Source of the DNA: Alphaproteobacteria bacterium
GTDB lineage: Bacteria; Pseudomonadota; Alphaproteobacteria; GCA-2731375
Assembly: GCA_965225945.1 (NCBI GenBank)
Contig: CBDDBZ010000034.1
Span: forward strand, 64,001 to 128,000
DNA: 64,000 bases
Reading direction: 5' to 3'
Shown here: positions 42,187 to 50,864 of the stretch, in pieces
Layout: every line of letters starts with the position of its first letter
How positions within the stretch are numbered: position 1 is the stretch's first letter
Program-made: the position numbers and the translations under genes
The notes under the pieces: model-generated
The model's input: the letters and a program-made list of their open reading frames with translations, nothing else
Told to the model about the DNA's origin: nothing
Database searches by the model: none

Positions 42187-43721
42187 CGCTGTCGCGCTGG
42201 CACGAGGACCTCGCCGCCCATGACGAGGCCTTCGCGTGCCTGCAAGATCTTCTTGACCCCTCATCCTTCGCAATCACAGTCGTCAAGGCCTTCCGGGAAT
42301 GGGGCCAGGGGCTGTTGCGCCTGGCCACGGCGCTCGTCCGGGAGAATGCCGCGCTCGAGCGGGAGAACGCGACCCTGCGGGACCGCATCGCCGAGCTCGA
42401 GCGGAGCGCGGCGCTTGACAGCACCACCAGCAGCAAGCCGCCCGCCAGCGACGGCCTGCGCAAGAAGAGCGGAACCCAGAGGCGCACCCGAAGCCAGCGC
42501 GGCAAGTCCGGCAGGCCAAGCGGCGGCCAGCCGGGCCACAAGGGAACGACGCTGGCGCGGACCGAGAGCCCGGACCATGTTGTGGATCATGACCCCTCCG
42601 CCTGTTCGGGCTGCGGCGCACCGCTGTCGGACGCCGACCGTCACCGCGCGCCCGTCTGTCGACAGGTCTTCGATGTGCCCGAGCCACGCCCCCTGGAGGT
42701 CACCGAACACCGCGCCCATCGCTGCCTCTGCGGCGCCTGCGCCACCGTGACAGGAGCCGTCTTCCCGGACGGCGTGACCGCCCCGGTCCAGTACGGGCCA
42801 CGCATCACCGCCTGGGTGAGCTACCTGCTGTACGCCCAGTTCGTTCCCGAGAAGCGCTTGGCCGAACTCATGAGCGACCTCTTCGCAGTGTCCATCTCCA
42901 CAGCCACGATCACCGCCATGGGCCGGCGAATCGCCAGGCGCTTCGAGCCCTTCCTCGCCCATGTCGCAGACGTGATCCGCACAGCGGTCCCGGTCAAGCA
43001 CCTCGACGAAACCGGCCTGCGGATCGCCGCCCGTACCCGCTGGCTCCACGTGCTGTGCACCCCATTCCTGACCGTCCTGCGCATCGGCGCGGGACGCGGC
43101 GATGTCGAAAAGGACCTCGAAGGCATCCTCATCCATGACGATTACGCCGCCTACTTCACCCTCAAGGGCGTGCGCCACGGCGCCTGCAACGCCCATCACC
43201 TGCGCGAACTCCAGGCCCTGATCGACATCGAGAAGGAAGACTGGGCAAAGAGCATGCACCGCCTCCTTGAGCGCGCACACAGGGCTACCCGCTTCTCCCG
43301 TGAGAACGGCCGCGACGTGCCCGCCTCCCTGGTGGCCCGGATCTCGCGGGCCTGGGCCCGCATCCTCGACCACGCCATCGCCTTCCACGAGGCGCAGCCG
43401 CCGCTCCGGACCGGCAAGCGCGGACGAAAGAAACGCCGCATCGGTCATAACCTCGCGCTCCGCCTCCGCAAGCACAAGGAGGGATGCCTGCGATTCCTCA
43501 CCGACCCGCGCACGCCGTTTACGAACAATGAGGCCGAACGTGACCTCCGAATGGCCAAGCTGCGCCAGAAGATCTCCGGTGGCTTCCGCTCCGAGAGGGG
43601 TGCCTACAACTTCGCCAGAATGCGTGCCGTCATCGCCACCGCCCGAAAGCAAGGCTGGAACGTCCTCCAGACCCTGGTGCATCCCGATCCGATGCAACTA
43701 ATCCCCCAACTGCGCCTCTGA
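42183..43721 (+). CDS. IS66 transposase (TnpC-type)
   Basis: Coiled coil, SSKPPASDG, GGQPGHKG, zinc finger, HLDETG, HDDY, CNAHHLREL, TNNEAERDLR. Confidence 0.93.
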   Translation: MTLSRWHEDLAAHDEAFACLQDLLDPSSFAITVVKAFREWGQGLLRLATALVRENAALERENATLRDRIAELERSAALDSTTSSKPPASDGLRKKSGTQRRTRSQRGKSGRPSGGQPGHKGTTLARTESPDHVVDHDPSACSGCGAPLSDADRHRAPVCRQVFDVPEPRPLEVTEHRAHRCLCGACATVTGAVFPDGVTAPVQYGPRITAWVSYLLYAQFVPEKRLAELMSDLFAVSISTATITAMGRRIARRFEPFLAHVADVIRTAVPVKHLDETGLRIAARTRWLHVLCTPFLTVLRIGAGRGDVEKDLEGILIHDDYAAYFTLKGVRHGACNAHHLRELQALIDIEKEDWAKSMHRLLERAHRATRFSRENGRDVPASLVARISRAWARILDHAIAFHEAQPPLRTGKRGRKKRRIGHNLALRLRKHKEGCLRFLTDPRTPFTNNEAERDLRMAKLRQKISGGFRSERGAYNFARMRAVIATARKQGWNVLQTLVHPDPMQLIPQLRL

Positions 43722-44249
43722 GAACACCGGCACCGCTACCAGCCCGGACCCCCACGATCCCTCACATACAAACGCTCGGGCCAATCAGACCTGGGTAGTT
43801 ACGATTTTATTGAGTTTACGAATGGTTCGCTCGGTTTTGACGCTTTCCAGGAAGGCCACCCAGGCCTTGTACTCGGCCTCGGTCTTGCCGCGTTCCCTGG
43901 CATAGCGCTCGAGCGTGCCCGTCCACTTCGGAAAGGCCTTCAAGCCTTCCTTGCGGGTCTCCATATAGCCGAAGACGCCCGGTTTGCCCTTGGCCGCTAG
44001 CGCCGGGGCGGGGGCAAGAGCGAGGCAGACCAGCGCCAGCGCCGCCGCCAGAAGTGGGCCGCCACGGCGCCGCGTCGAAGTCGACCGATCAGGCATGCTT
44101 GCCATATTACGCGCCGGGGCCCGAGAACCAAGTGACGACGCGCACGCACCCGTTCGCGGGCCGCCATGGCGGCCTCGGGCGCCTCGATTGAAGGCAATTT
44201 CGCGATATTGCGACTTTTTCCTCGGAATTCACCTCCTCCGACCCTATAT

Positions 44250-44352
44250 TGGAGACTGGGTGAGGGCGAACCCGCCATGACCCAGCAGCAGTATTTCCCT
44301 GCTCCTCCCGGAGCCAAAAATAATATTTCCGGGGGAGCAGGGATTTTTCTTG
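44250..44352 (+). ncRNA. Candidate small RNA with intrinsic terminator
   Basis: 5' hairpin (ctggg...cccag), then ccctgctcc...ggagcaggg + ATTTTTT on the + strand between two minus-strand genes. Confidence 0.4.
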
Positions 44353-44380
44353 CCCGTGTGTGGCCATGCGCCCCGTGCCG

Positions 44381-44935
44381 TCATGGCTTCGCCTTGCCGA
44401 GGGCACCCAGGAGCATGGACCGAACACCATCGCGATGTCGCCGCGCCAGCGCCTCGGGCGCGATGAAGCGGACGAACACCCTACCCGCCTCGCCGCTCAG
44501 GATGGCGCCGATGAAGGTGTGTCCCGCCAGCTCCCGCTTGGGCCCGCCCGGTCGGCCGGCGAGGAAGGTACCGCTCGCCTCGAACAGGTGGAGCGTGCGT
44601 CCGGCCTCGACGAAATGCTCGATCAGCACTTCCGGCGCCTCGACGAACTGCCGCCGCCAGCGTTCGAGGTTGGCCTCGATAGCACCGCCCGCGCCCGGCT
44701 TGAAATGATACACCACGGCGTGGCCGTTCCTGGGGCCGTCAGTGGCATCCGTGCCCGCCACGAAGAATTCCGCCGTGCGGAACCGCGAGCCGGGCGGCAC
44801 CCGGCGCCACCCCGGCGGGGGCCGCAGGACGAAGCCGCCGACCCGCAGGCTTTCCTCGGCCGCGCCCAGCGGCGCCGCCAGCGCGAGCAGCGGTACGGCC
44901 AGGACCATCCGCCGCGTGACGCCGCTCGCCATCAT
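44381..44935 (-). CDS. Hypothetical exported protein (Tat-like signal)
   Basis: TRRMVLAVPLLALAAP signal; GGAIEANLERWRRQF motif. Confidence 0.6.
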   Translation of the reverse strand: MMASGVTRRMVLAVPLLALAAPLGAAEESLRVGGFVLRPPPGWRRVPPGSRFRTAEFFVAGTDATDGPRNGHAVVYHFKPGAGGAIEANLERWRRQFVEAPEVLIEHFVEAGRTLHLFEASGTFLAGRPGGPKRELAGHTFIGAILSGEAGRVFVRFIAPEALARRHRDGVRSMLLGALGKAKP

Positions 44936-45082
44936 ATTGGGCCCCGATGTTCGACCATGGGACGCATTATCGCGCGCTGGTGGCGGTGGCATCGCTCGAA
45001 TCGCGGGATCGTGAGACGAAGTGAGCCGGCGCCGGCCGACTTTGATCCCATATCGAGGCGAGGAGTGCGGAGAACTTCGTCG

Positions 45083-45603
45083 ATGCGTCTCTATTCCTTT
45101 CGCCCTGGTCTCGCCGCCGCCCTGTTCGCCGTGGCGATGAGCGCACTGACCGCGATGCCCGCGCAGGCCGACTTCGACGCGGGCCTCGACGCCTACGACG
45201 GCGGACGCTACGCGGACGCGGTGGCTCATTGGGAGCCCCTGGCGGCAAACGGTCACGCGGACGCCCAACTGGCGCTCGCCGGTCTCTACCGCCACGGGCT
45301 CGGGGTCCCGGCCGATGCCGCGCGGGCCGCCAGATTCCTTTCGCCCTGGTCTCGCCGCCGCGGCTCTATCGCATGGCGGCGGAACGGGGGCTGGCCGTGG
45401 CCCAGCTCAATTTGGGCGAGATGTATGCCCGCGGCGAGGGCGTGGCCCGCGATTCGGTCCAAGCCTTTGTCTGGTACCGGCGCGCGGCGGCGCTCGGTAA
45501 CGCCTGGGCCGTGCGCGCGGCGGCGGCCGTCGCCGCCCGCCTTACCCCGGCGGAGCGCGAACGGGCGATGCGTGAACTCGCGGCGGACCCATCGTCGCGC
45601 TGA
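45083..45603 (+). pseudogene. Sel1-repeat protein frameshifted by a ~29-bp templated insertion
   Basis: DFDAGLDAY..AQLALAGLYRHGLGVPAD, then LYRMAAERG..AQLNLGEMYARGEGV in another frame. Confidence 0.8.
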
Positions 45604-45616
45604 GCCTCGACCCCGA

Positions 45617-46498
45617 TCAATCCTCCAGGCGAAACTCGACGACCGCGCCGAAGGCGGCCTCGGGCCCGACGCGCAAGCAATCCTCGACGCGGGCGTACGC
45701 CACCGCGCCGCCATCGAGACAGCCGGCCACGCGCGCCAGATCGGCGCAGGCGAGCGTCATCGCGACGATCGCCGGGCGCGCCGCCGGCACGGGCACGTCG
45801 AGGCCTGGAAAGCGTGCCTCGATCTCCTCCGGCGGCAGCACCACGATCCGGCCTCGGCCGGTCTCGACCAGCAGGCGCCGGCCCTCGCCATGCACCGCGT
45901 TCGGCGCCACCAGGGCCACGTAGTAGGGCGTCAGGTCGGCCGGCCGATCGGCGACCAGCACCACCTCCGTGATCCCTCGGGCGCCGTTGGGGTGGGCCTG
46001 ATATTCGCCATGCCAGAAGTATTCGGGCGTGTGCTGCTGGCAGACGAAATGTGGCGCGTCGGCGGCCTCGGGCGGCAGGGCGAAGACGATGGAAAAGGAC
46101 ACGGTCGCCTCGCCCCCGCCCGGTTGAGCGGCGGCGCGGGAAAAGTCCACCGGCTCGTACGTGTCGAGACCGGCTTCCCGAAAGCGGCGATGATCGGCCC
46201 GCGCGTCGCTCGAGGAGAGCACCACGAAGGCGAGGCCCTCGCGACGGGCGAGGAAATCGTCCAAGTGCGCGCCCAGGCTGTAGCGCTCGGCGCTGGCTGA
46301 GGGAAAGCGCTCGGGCGCGGCGACGCCCAGCAGCTCGATGAAATTGCCGTCGAGGATCGCCAGCTGATTGGCGGTACCGAAGGGATGCTCGGCCCGGGGC
46401 GTGAGCGTGAAGCCCATGCGCTCGAAGCGCGCACCGACCGCGCCGAGGTCGCGGGCGCCGAGCACCAAATGGTCGAGACCGGGTATGTCCTGGAGCAT
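45617..46498 (-). CDS. VOC/glyoxalase-like family protein
   Basis: LDHLVL, GFTLTPRAEHPFGTANQL, FIELLG, FVCQQH, HPNGA. Confidence 0.85.
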   Translation of the reverse strand: MLQDIPGLDHLVLGARDLGAVGARFERMGFTLTPRAEHPFGTANQLAILDGNFIELLGVAAPERFPSASAERYSLGAHLDDFLARREGLAFVVLSSSDARADHRRFREAGLDTYEPVDFSRAAAQPGGGEATVSFSIVFALPPEAADAPHFVCQQHTPEYFWHGEYQAHPNGARGITEVVLVADRPADLTPYYVALVAPNAVHGEGRRLLVETGRGRIVVLPPEEIEARFPGLDVPVPAARPAIVAMTLACADLARVAGCLDGGAVAYARVEDCLRVGPEAAFGAVVEFRLED

Positions 46499-46813
46499 CC
46501 TTGCCTCCCGAAGTCCGGCATGATCCGCATTCGCGGAATCGGATAATGCGTCGACACCCCGTTGTAGCACGCCGCCCCGGCGATGATGGGCGACCACGCC
46601 GAGGCTCGGATAGCGCGGCCGGACCTGGGTCCGCCGGGCGCCACAGGCGGCGCAGCGCATCCGCCGGCCGACGGCGGTGATCGGCGTCGCCGCGCCGAGC
46701 TTGGCGATCAGCAGGGCCAACGGCGGCTCCCGGTAGCGCCCGCAGCTCTCGCACCAGGCGGAAAGGGCGATGCCGCGGCGCGCCAGCTCGCCCAAGGTCA
46801 CGGTCCCCGCCAT
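46499..46813 (-). CDS. Small zinc-ribbon domain, in frame with the downstream VOC gene (no stop between)
   Basis: TLGELARRG..AWCESCGR..RMRCAACGAR. Confidence 0.6.
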
Positions 46814-46851
46814 CGTCCACCCGCCGCCCTGCGGTTGCCTTGCCAATATAG

Positions 46852-46866
46852 GAACAACACAGGAAC
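46852..46866. promoter_or_regulatory. Alphaproteobacterial LexA (SOS) box GAAC-N7-GAAC
   Basis: gaac-aacacag-gaac about 40 bp upstream of the zinc-ribbon ATG, next to tatatt and ttgaca on the minus strand. Confidence 0.7.
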
Positions 46867-47148
46867 ATATGGCGGTATGTCAAGCGCGTCATTTTGGTGG
46901 CGGCACGCGGTCTTGGTCCGTCCGGCACCGACCCCCAACGTCCGCACCATCGAGATCGGTGGCGGATCGGGGCGCGGCGCCGCCGGCAAGACCATCGATC
47001 TCGAGCGCGCGTGAACGTCGGCGCCAGCTCGCGAACGGATATGGAGCCGGTTCCCGGTCGAAACGTTTCTCGCTTCGCTCAGTGTCCTTGCTTTGAAATG
47101 CCCCCGAGGCCTGCAAAAATCGCCGCTGGCGACGTTTCGCTCGGACCC

Positions 47149-47853
47149 TCAGCCGCCGAGGAAGATTCGTTTCACGCCGTCGCTCGCCAAGAGTTCCTCC
47201 GCCGTGCCCTCCAGCACCACGCGGCCGCTTTCCAGGACATATCCGCGATGTGCCAGGCTGAGCGCGGTTTGCACGTTCTGCTCGATGAACAGGATGGCGA
47301 CGCCGCTCTCGTTGATGCGCCGGAGCACCGCCATGGTGCGCTCGGCGACGGCGGGCGCGAGGCCGAGCAGTGGCTCGTCGACCAAAAGCAGTTCCGGTTT
47401 CGACATCAGCCCCCGGCCGAGTGCCAGCATCTGCTGCTCGCCGCCGCTCAGCGAATGGGCCATCTGCTCGGCGCGCTCTTCCAGCCGGGGGAAGAGATCG
47501 TAGACATAGGCGAGTGTTTCGGCCCGCGCGGCCCGGGCGGTCGGGTTGTAGCCGCCGAGCCAGAGGTTCTTGCGCACCGACATGTAGGGGAAGACCCGCC
47601 GGCGCTCCATGATATGGGAGAGGCGGCGACGGACGATCAGTTGCGGCGCCAAGCCGTCGATCCGCTCGCCTTTGAACTCGATGCGGCCCGCCTTGGCCGG
47701 CCTGAGGCCGGATATCGCGTTCAGCATCGTGCTCTTGCCGGCACCGTTGGGGCCGAGGACGGCGACGATCTCGCCCGCCCGGACCTCGAGGCTGACACCC
47801 CAGATCACCTGGAAATCGCCGTAGCTGACTTCCAGGTCGGTGACGCTAAGCAT
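47149..47853 (-). CDS. Branched-chain amino acid-type ABC ATPase (LivF-like)
   Basis: GPNGAGKST, LSGGEQQML, DEP. Confidence 0.92.
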   Translation of the reverse strand: MLSVTDLEVSYGDFQVIWGVSLEVRAGEIVAVLGPNGAGKSTMLNAISGLRPAKAGRIEFKGERIDGLAPQLIVRRRLSHIMERRRVFPYMSVRKNLWLGGYNPTARAARAETLAYVYDLFPRLEERAEQMAHSLSGGEQQMLALGRGLMSKPELLLVDEPLLGLAPAVAERTMAVLRRINESGVAILFIEQNVQTALSLAHRGYVLESGRVVLEGTAEELLASDGVKRIFLGG

Positions 47854-47870
47854 AGGCGACGCCCAGAACG

Positions 47871-48584
47871 CTACGCATAGGCGACGCCAAGATAGGACTC
47901 GATGACCCGGGAATCGCCCTGGATCTCGGCTGGGCTGCCCTCGGCGATCTTGGCACCCAGGTGCAGCGCCAGCACCCGGTCCGCCAGGCTCATCAGCACC
48001 GCCATGTTGTGCTCGATCACGACGACGGCGACACCGTCCTCGCGCAGCCGGCGCACCAAGTCGATCAGGCCCGGGATGCTGCGTTGATCGACCCCGCCCG
48101 TGACCTCGTCCAGCAGCAGGAACCTGGGCCGCGTGGCCATCGCCCGGGCCATCTCCAGGCGCTTGCGCTGTCCGGTGGAGAGCACGTTGGCGAAGGCGCG
48201 GCGCCTGTCGAGGAGACCGACGAAGTCGAGCGCGGCGAGCGCGTGGCCGCGCGCCTGGCGCATGTCGGCGGTGTGCTGCATGACGCCCACCATCACGTTC
48301 TCCTCGACCGACATCTTCTGGAACGGCTTCAGTTTCTGGAAGGTGCGGGCGATGCCCAGGCGGTTGATCTGGTCGCTTCTGAGCGAGAGCAGCGAGCGGC
48401 CGTCGAGGCGAATGTCGCCTTCGTCGGGCTTCAGGTAGCCGCTGATCAGCTCGAACAGCGTCGACTTGCCGGCGCCGTTCGGACCGATGACGCCGAGGAT
48501 CTCGCCCGCCTGGACCGAGAAGGTGATCCGATCGTTCGCCACCAGGCCACCGAAGCGCTTGGTCAGATCCTGGACCTCAAGCAT
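47871..48584 (-). CDS. Branched-chain amino acid-type ABC ATPase (LivG-like)
   Basis: GPNGAGKST, GIARTFQ, IEHNM. Confidence 0.92.
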   Translation of the reverse strand: MLEVQDLTKRFGGLVANDRITFSVQAGEILGVIGPNGAGKSTLFELISGYLKPDEGDIRLDGRSLLSLRSDQINRLGIARTFQKLKPFQKMSVEENVMVGVMQHTADMRQARGHALAALDFVGLLDRRRAFANVLSTGQRKRLEMARAMATRPRFLLLDEVTGGVDQRSIPGLIDLVRRLREDGVAVVVIEHNMAVLMSLADRVLALHLGAKIAEGSPAEIQGDSRVIESYLGVAYA

Positions 48585-49632
48585 CGCTTGGCCTGTGCAG
48601 GATCTTGCGCACCAAGCCGATCAGGCCCTGGGGATAGAGCAGCGAGATGGCGACGATCATGGCGCCGTAGATCATCAGGTCCTCGGCGCCGCCGGTGCCG
48701 CCGACGTAGACGCGGGTCAGCTCCGAGAGCGGGAACAGGATGGCGGCGCCGATGATCGGCCCCCAGAGCGTGCCCAGCCCGCCCAGCATGGTCATCAGCA
48801 CGACCAGGATCGAGAGCAGGAGCGGGAACACGGTTTCCGGATCGATCACCAGGACGTACTGCGCGAACTGGGTGCCGGCGATCGAGGTGAAGGCGGCCGA
48901 GAGCATGATGGCCAACAGCTTGTAGCGAGTCAGGGGGACGCCGAGGCTGCTGGCCGCGTCGGGCTCCTCGCGGATCGCCCGGAAGTAGAGGCCGGCCTTG
49001 GAGCGTTCCAGCCAGGCCACCAGGGCGCAGGCGGCCACCAGGAAGGCCAGCGCGATATAGTAGTTCGGCAGCTTGTTGTCGTGGAACTGGTAGCTGAACC
49101 AGGGCTGCTCGCGATGGATCGGAATCCAGATCCCGGTGGCGCCGCCGAAATGCTCCCAGTTGATCGCGATGGTCCGAACGATTTCGCCGATCACCAAGGT
49201 GGAGATGGCAAAATAGTGGCCGCGCAAGCGGAAGGTCGGCAGCCCCATGAGGAGCGCCAGGATCATCGAGACCACGACCCCGACCCCCATCCCGATCCAC
49301 GGCGAGATTCCGAAGAAGGTGTAAAGATAGGCGGCGGCGTAGGCGCCGATGCCGAAGAAGATCGCCTGGCCGAGAGAGATCTGGCCGCAATAGCCGGCGA
49401 GCAGGTTCCAGCCCTGGGCCATCAGGCCATAGATGAAGATCATCACCACGATGTGACGCTGGTAGGGCTGTTCGAGGATCAGGGGATAGAGCAGCGCCGC
49501 AAGCGCGACCACCACCAGGGCCACCAGTTGGCGCCGGCCGAGGGCCGGGCGCGCCGGCTCGGCCAGGGCCGCTTCCAGCTCGTCCTCGTCCCGGCTGCCG
49601 ATGGCTCGGCTGGAGATCGTCGAATTGGCCAT
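48577..49632 (-). CDS. ABC permease (LivM-like)
   Basis: WNLLAGYCGQISLG, LRGHYFAI, GGLGTLWGP. Confidence 0.9.
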   Translation of the reverse strand: MANSTISSRAIGSRDEDELEAALAEPARPALGRRQLVALVVVALAALLYPLILEQPYQRHIVVMIFIYGLMAQGWNLLAGYCGQISLGQAIFFGIGAYAAAYLYTFFGISPWIGMGVGVVVSMILALLMGLPTFRLRGHYFAISTLVIGEIVRTIAINWEHFGGATGIWIPIHREQPWFSYQFHDNKLPNYYIALAFLVAACALVAWLERSKAGLYFRAIREEPDAASSLGVPLTRYKLLAIMLSAAFTSIAGTQFAQYVLVIDPETVFPLLLSILVVLMTMLGGLGTLWGPIIGAAILFPLSELTRVYVGGTGGAEDLMIYGAMIVAISLLYPQGLIGLVRKILHRPSDA

Positions 49633-50498
49633 CAGAACTTCCCGAAGAGGCCGGCCGGACGGGTCAGGACGACGAGCAGGTACATGCCGAAAACGATGGC
49701 GTATTTGTAGGCCGGCTCGAACAGCAGGCCGCCGACGGCTTCCACCAGCCCGATCAGCAGGCCGGCGACCAGGGCGCCGAGCAGGCTGCCGAAGCCCCCC
49801 ATGGCCACGGTCACATAAGCGATCAGCGCGAACAGCAAACCGATCTCCGGCTCGATCGGGTAATAGTTCGCCAGCAACACGCCGGCGACCGCCACGCAGG
49901 AGGCGCCGACGCCCCAGCCGAGCGCATACATCCGCTGGGTGTGGATGCCCATGAGGCTGGCCGCCTCGCGGTCCTGCGCCGTGGCCTCGAGCGCGACGCC
50001 GGTCTCGGTATGATTGATGAAGAGATAGAGGAAGCCGAAGGCCAGCACGCAGCCGAACGCGGCGACCATCTGCGGCACGCCCAGGTACATCCCCGCGATC
50101 TCCACCCGGCCGCTGACGATCGGCTCCAGGATCATACGAAAATCGGCCGTCCACAGGAACTGGGCCAGGCTGCGCAGGAAGATCGACAGGCCGAAGGTGG
50201 CGGTGATCTGCACCAGCATCGGCGCGTGCAGGATATGGCGGATGATGCCGTAGTGGGTCGCGACGCCCAGCATGAACAGCATCACGATGCAGGCCGGCAG
50301 AGAAAACAAGGGATCGATGCCGAAGGCGATGTAAAACCAGAAGGCCGCGTACATCGACAGCATCAGGAATTCGCCATGGGCGAAGTTGACGATTTCCATC
50401 AGGCCGAAGATCAGGCTGAGCCCGGCGGCGACCAGGGCGTAGATGAAGCCCAGCAGCAGACCGCTGATCACCGTCTGCAGGACGATCTCCGCGGTCAT
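49632..50498 (-). CDS. ABC permease (LivH-like)
   Basis: GLSLIFGLMEIVNFAHGEF, GGFGSLLGA. Confidence 0.92.
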   Translation of the reverse strand: MTAEIVLQTVISGLLLGFIYALVAAGLSLIFGLMEIVNFAHGEFLMLSMYAAFWFYIAFGIDPLFSLPACIVMLFMLGVATHYGIIRHILHAPMLVQITATFGLSIFLRSLAQFLWTADFRMILEPIVSGRVEIAGMYLGVPQMVAAFGCVLAFGFLYLFINHTETGVALEATAQDREAASLMGIHTQRMYALGWGVGASCVAVAGVLLANYYPIEPEIGLLFALIAYVTVAMGGFGSLLGALVAGLLIGLVEAVGGLLFEPAYKYAIVFGMYLLVVLTRPAGLFGKF

Positions 50499-50864
50499 GG
50501 CGACCGGCGGGCCGTCGGCGGCGTTCCGCCCGGGGACCGCGCGCCGGGTGGGTATGGGTGAGAATAGGCCATGGCATCGATCTTAGGCAAGCGGGCGAGG
50601 GATTGTCCATGATCCCGGCCCCGGAAAACCACCCGAACGCGAGACGGCTCGCCTAAACCGGTCGGAGGGGCTACACTCACCTGGTGAAGTGGACCAAGGC
50701 CGATCGGAGGTGGCTCCGATCGGGGCCGGCGCGGACTCGGTTGCGATCGATTGCGCGCGGACGGTTCGGCTTCGTCGGAAGGCGCCTCGCCCGGCGGACG
50801 GATTTGCCGGAATCATGCGCCTCCGTCACTCGGCGATGAGCCGGAAAGAGGGAGGGAGACGGCC

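Larger units (their letters stand above)
41372..43802 (+). mobile_element. IS66-family element (single-transposase ISBst12-like) carrying a DNA adenine methyltransferase
   Basis: Perfect 14-bp IRs gtaactacccaggt / acctgggtagttac; 8-bp TSD GATTTTAT (41364-41371, 43803-43810). Confidence 0.93.
40944..44105 (-). pseudogene. Transglutaminase-like cysteine proteinase (BTLCP/LapG-like) interrupted by IS66
   Basis: Signal peptide and FPKW..RKLNKI (44105-43803) join NNFHN..DYWATP..GDCEDYAIAKY..HAIL..ILDN (41363-40944). Confidence 0.88.

Noticed and set aside
48577-50610. 677-aa permease fusion
   Set aside because: The upstream part is an alternate frame of the livH-like gene; the livM-like gene starts at 49632.
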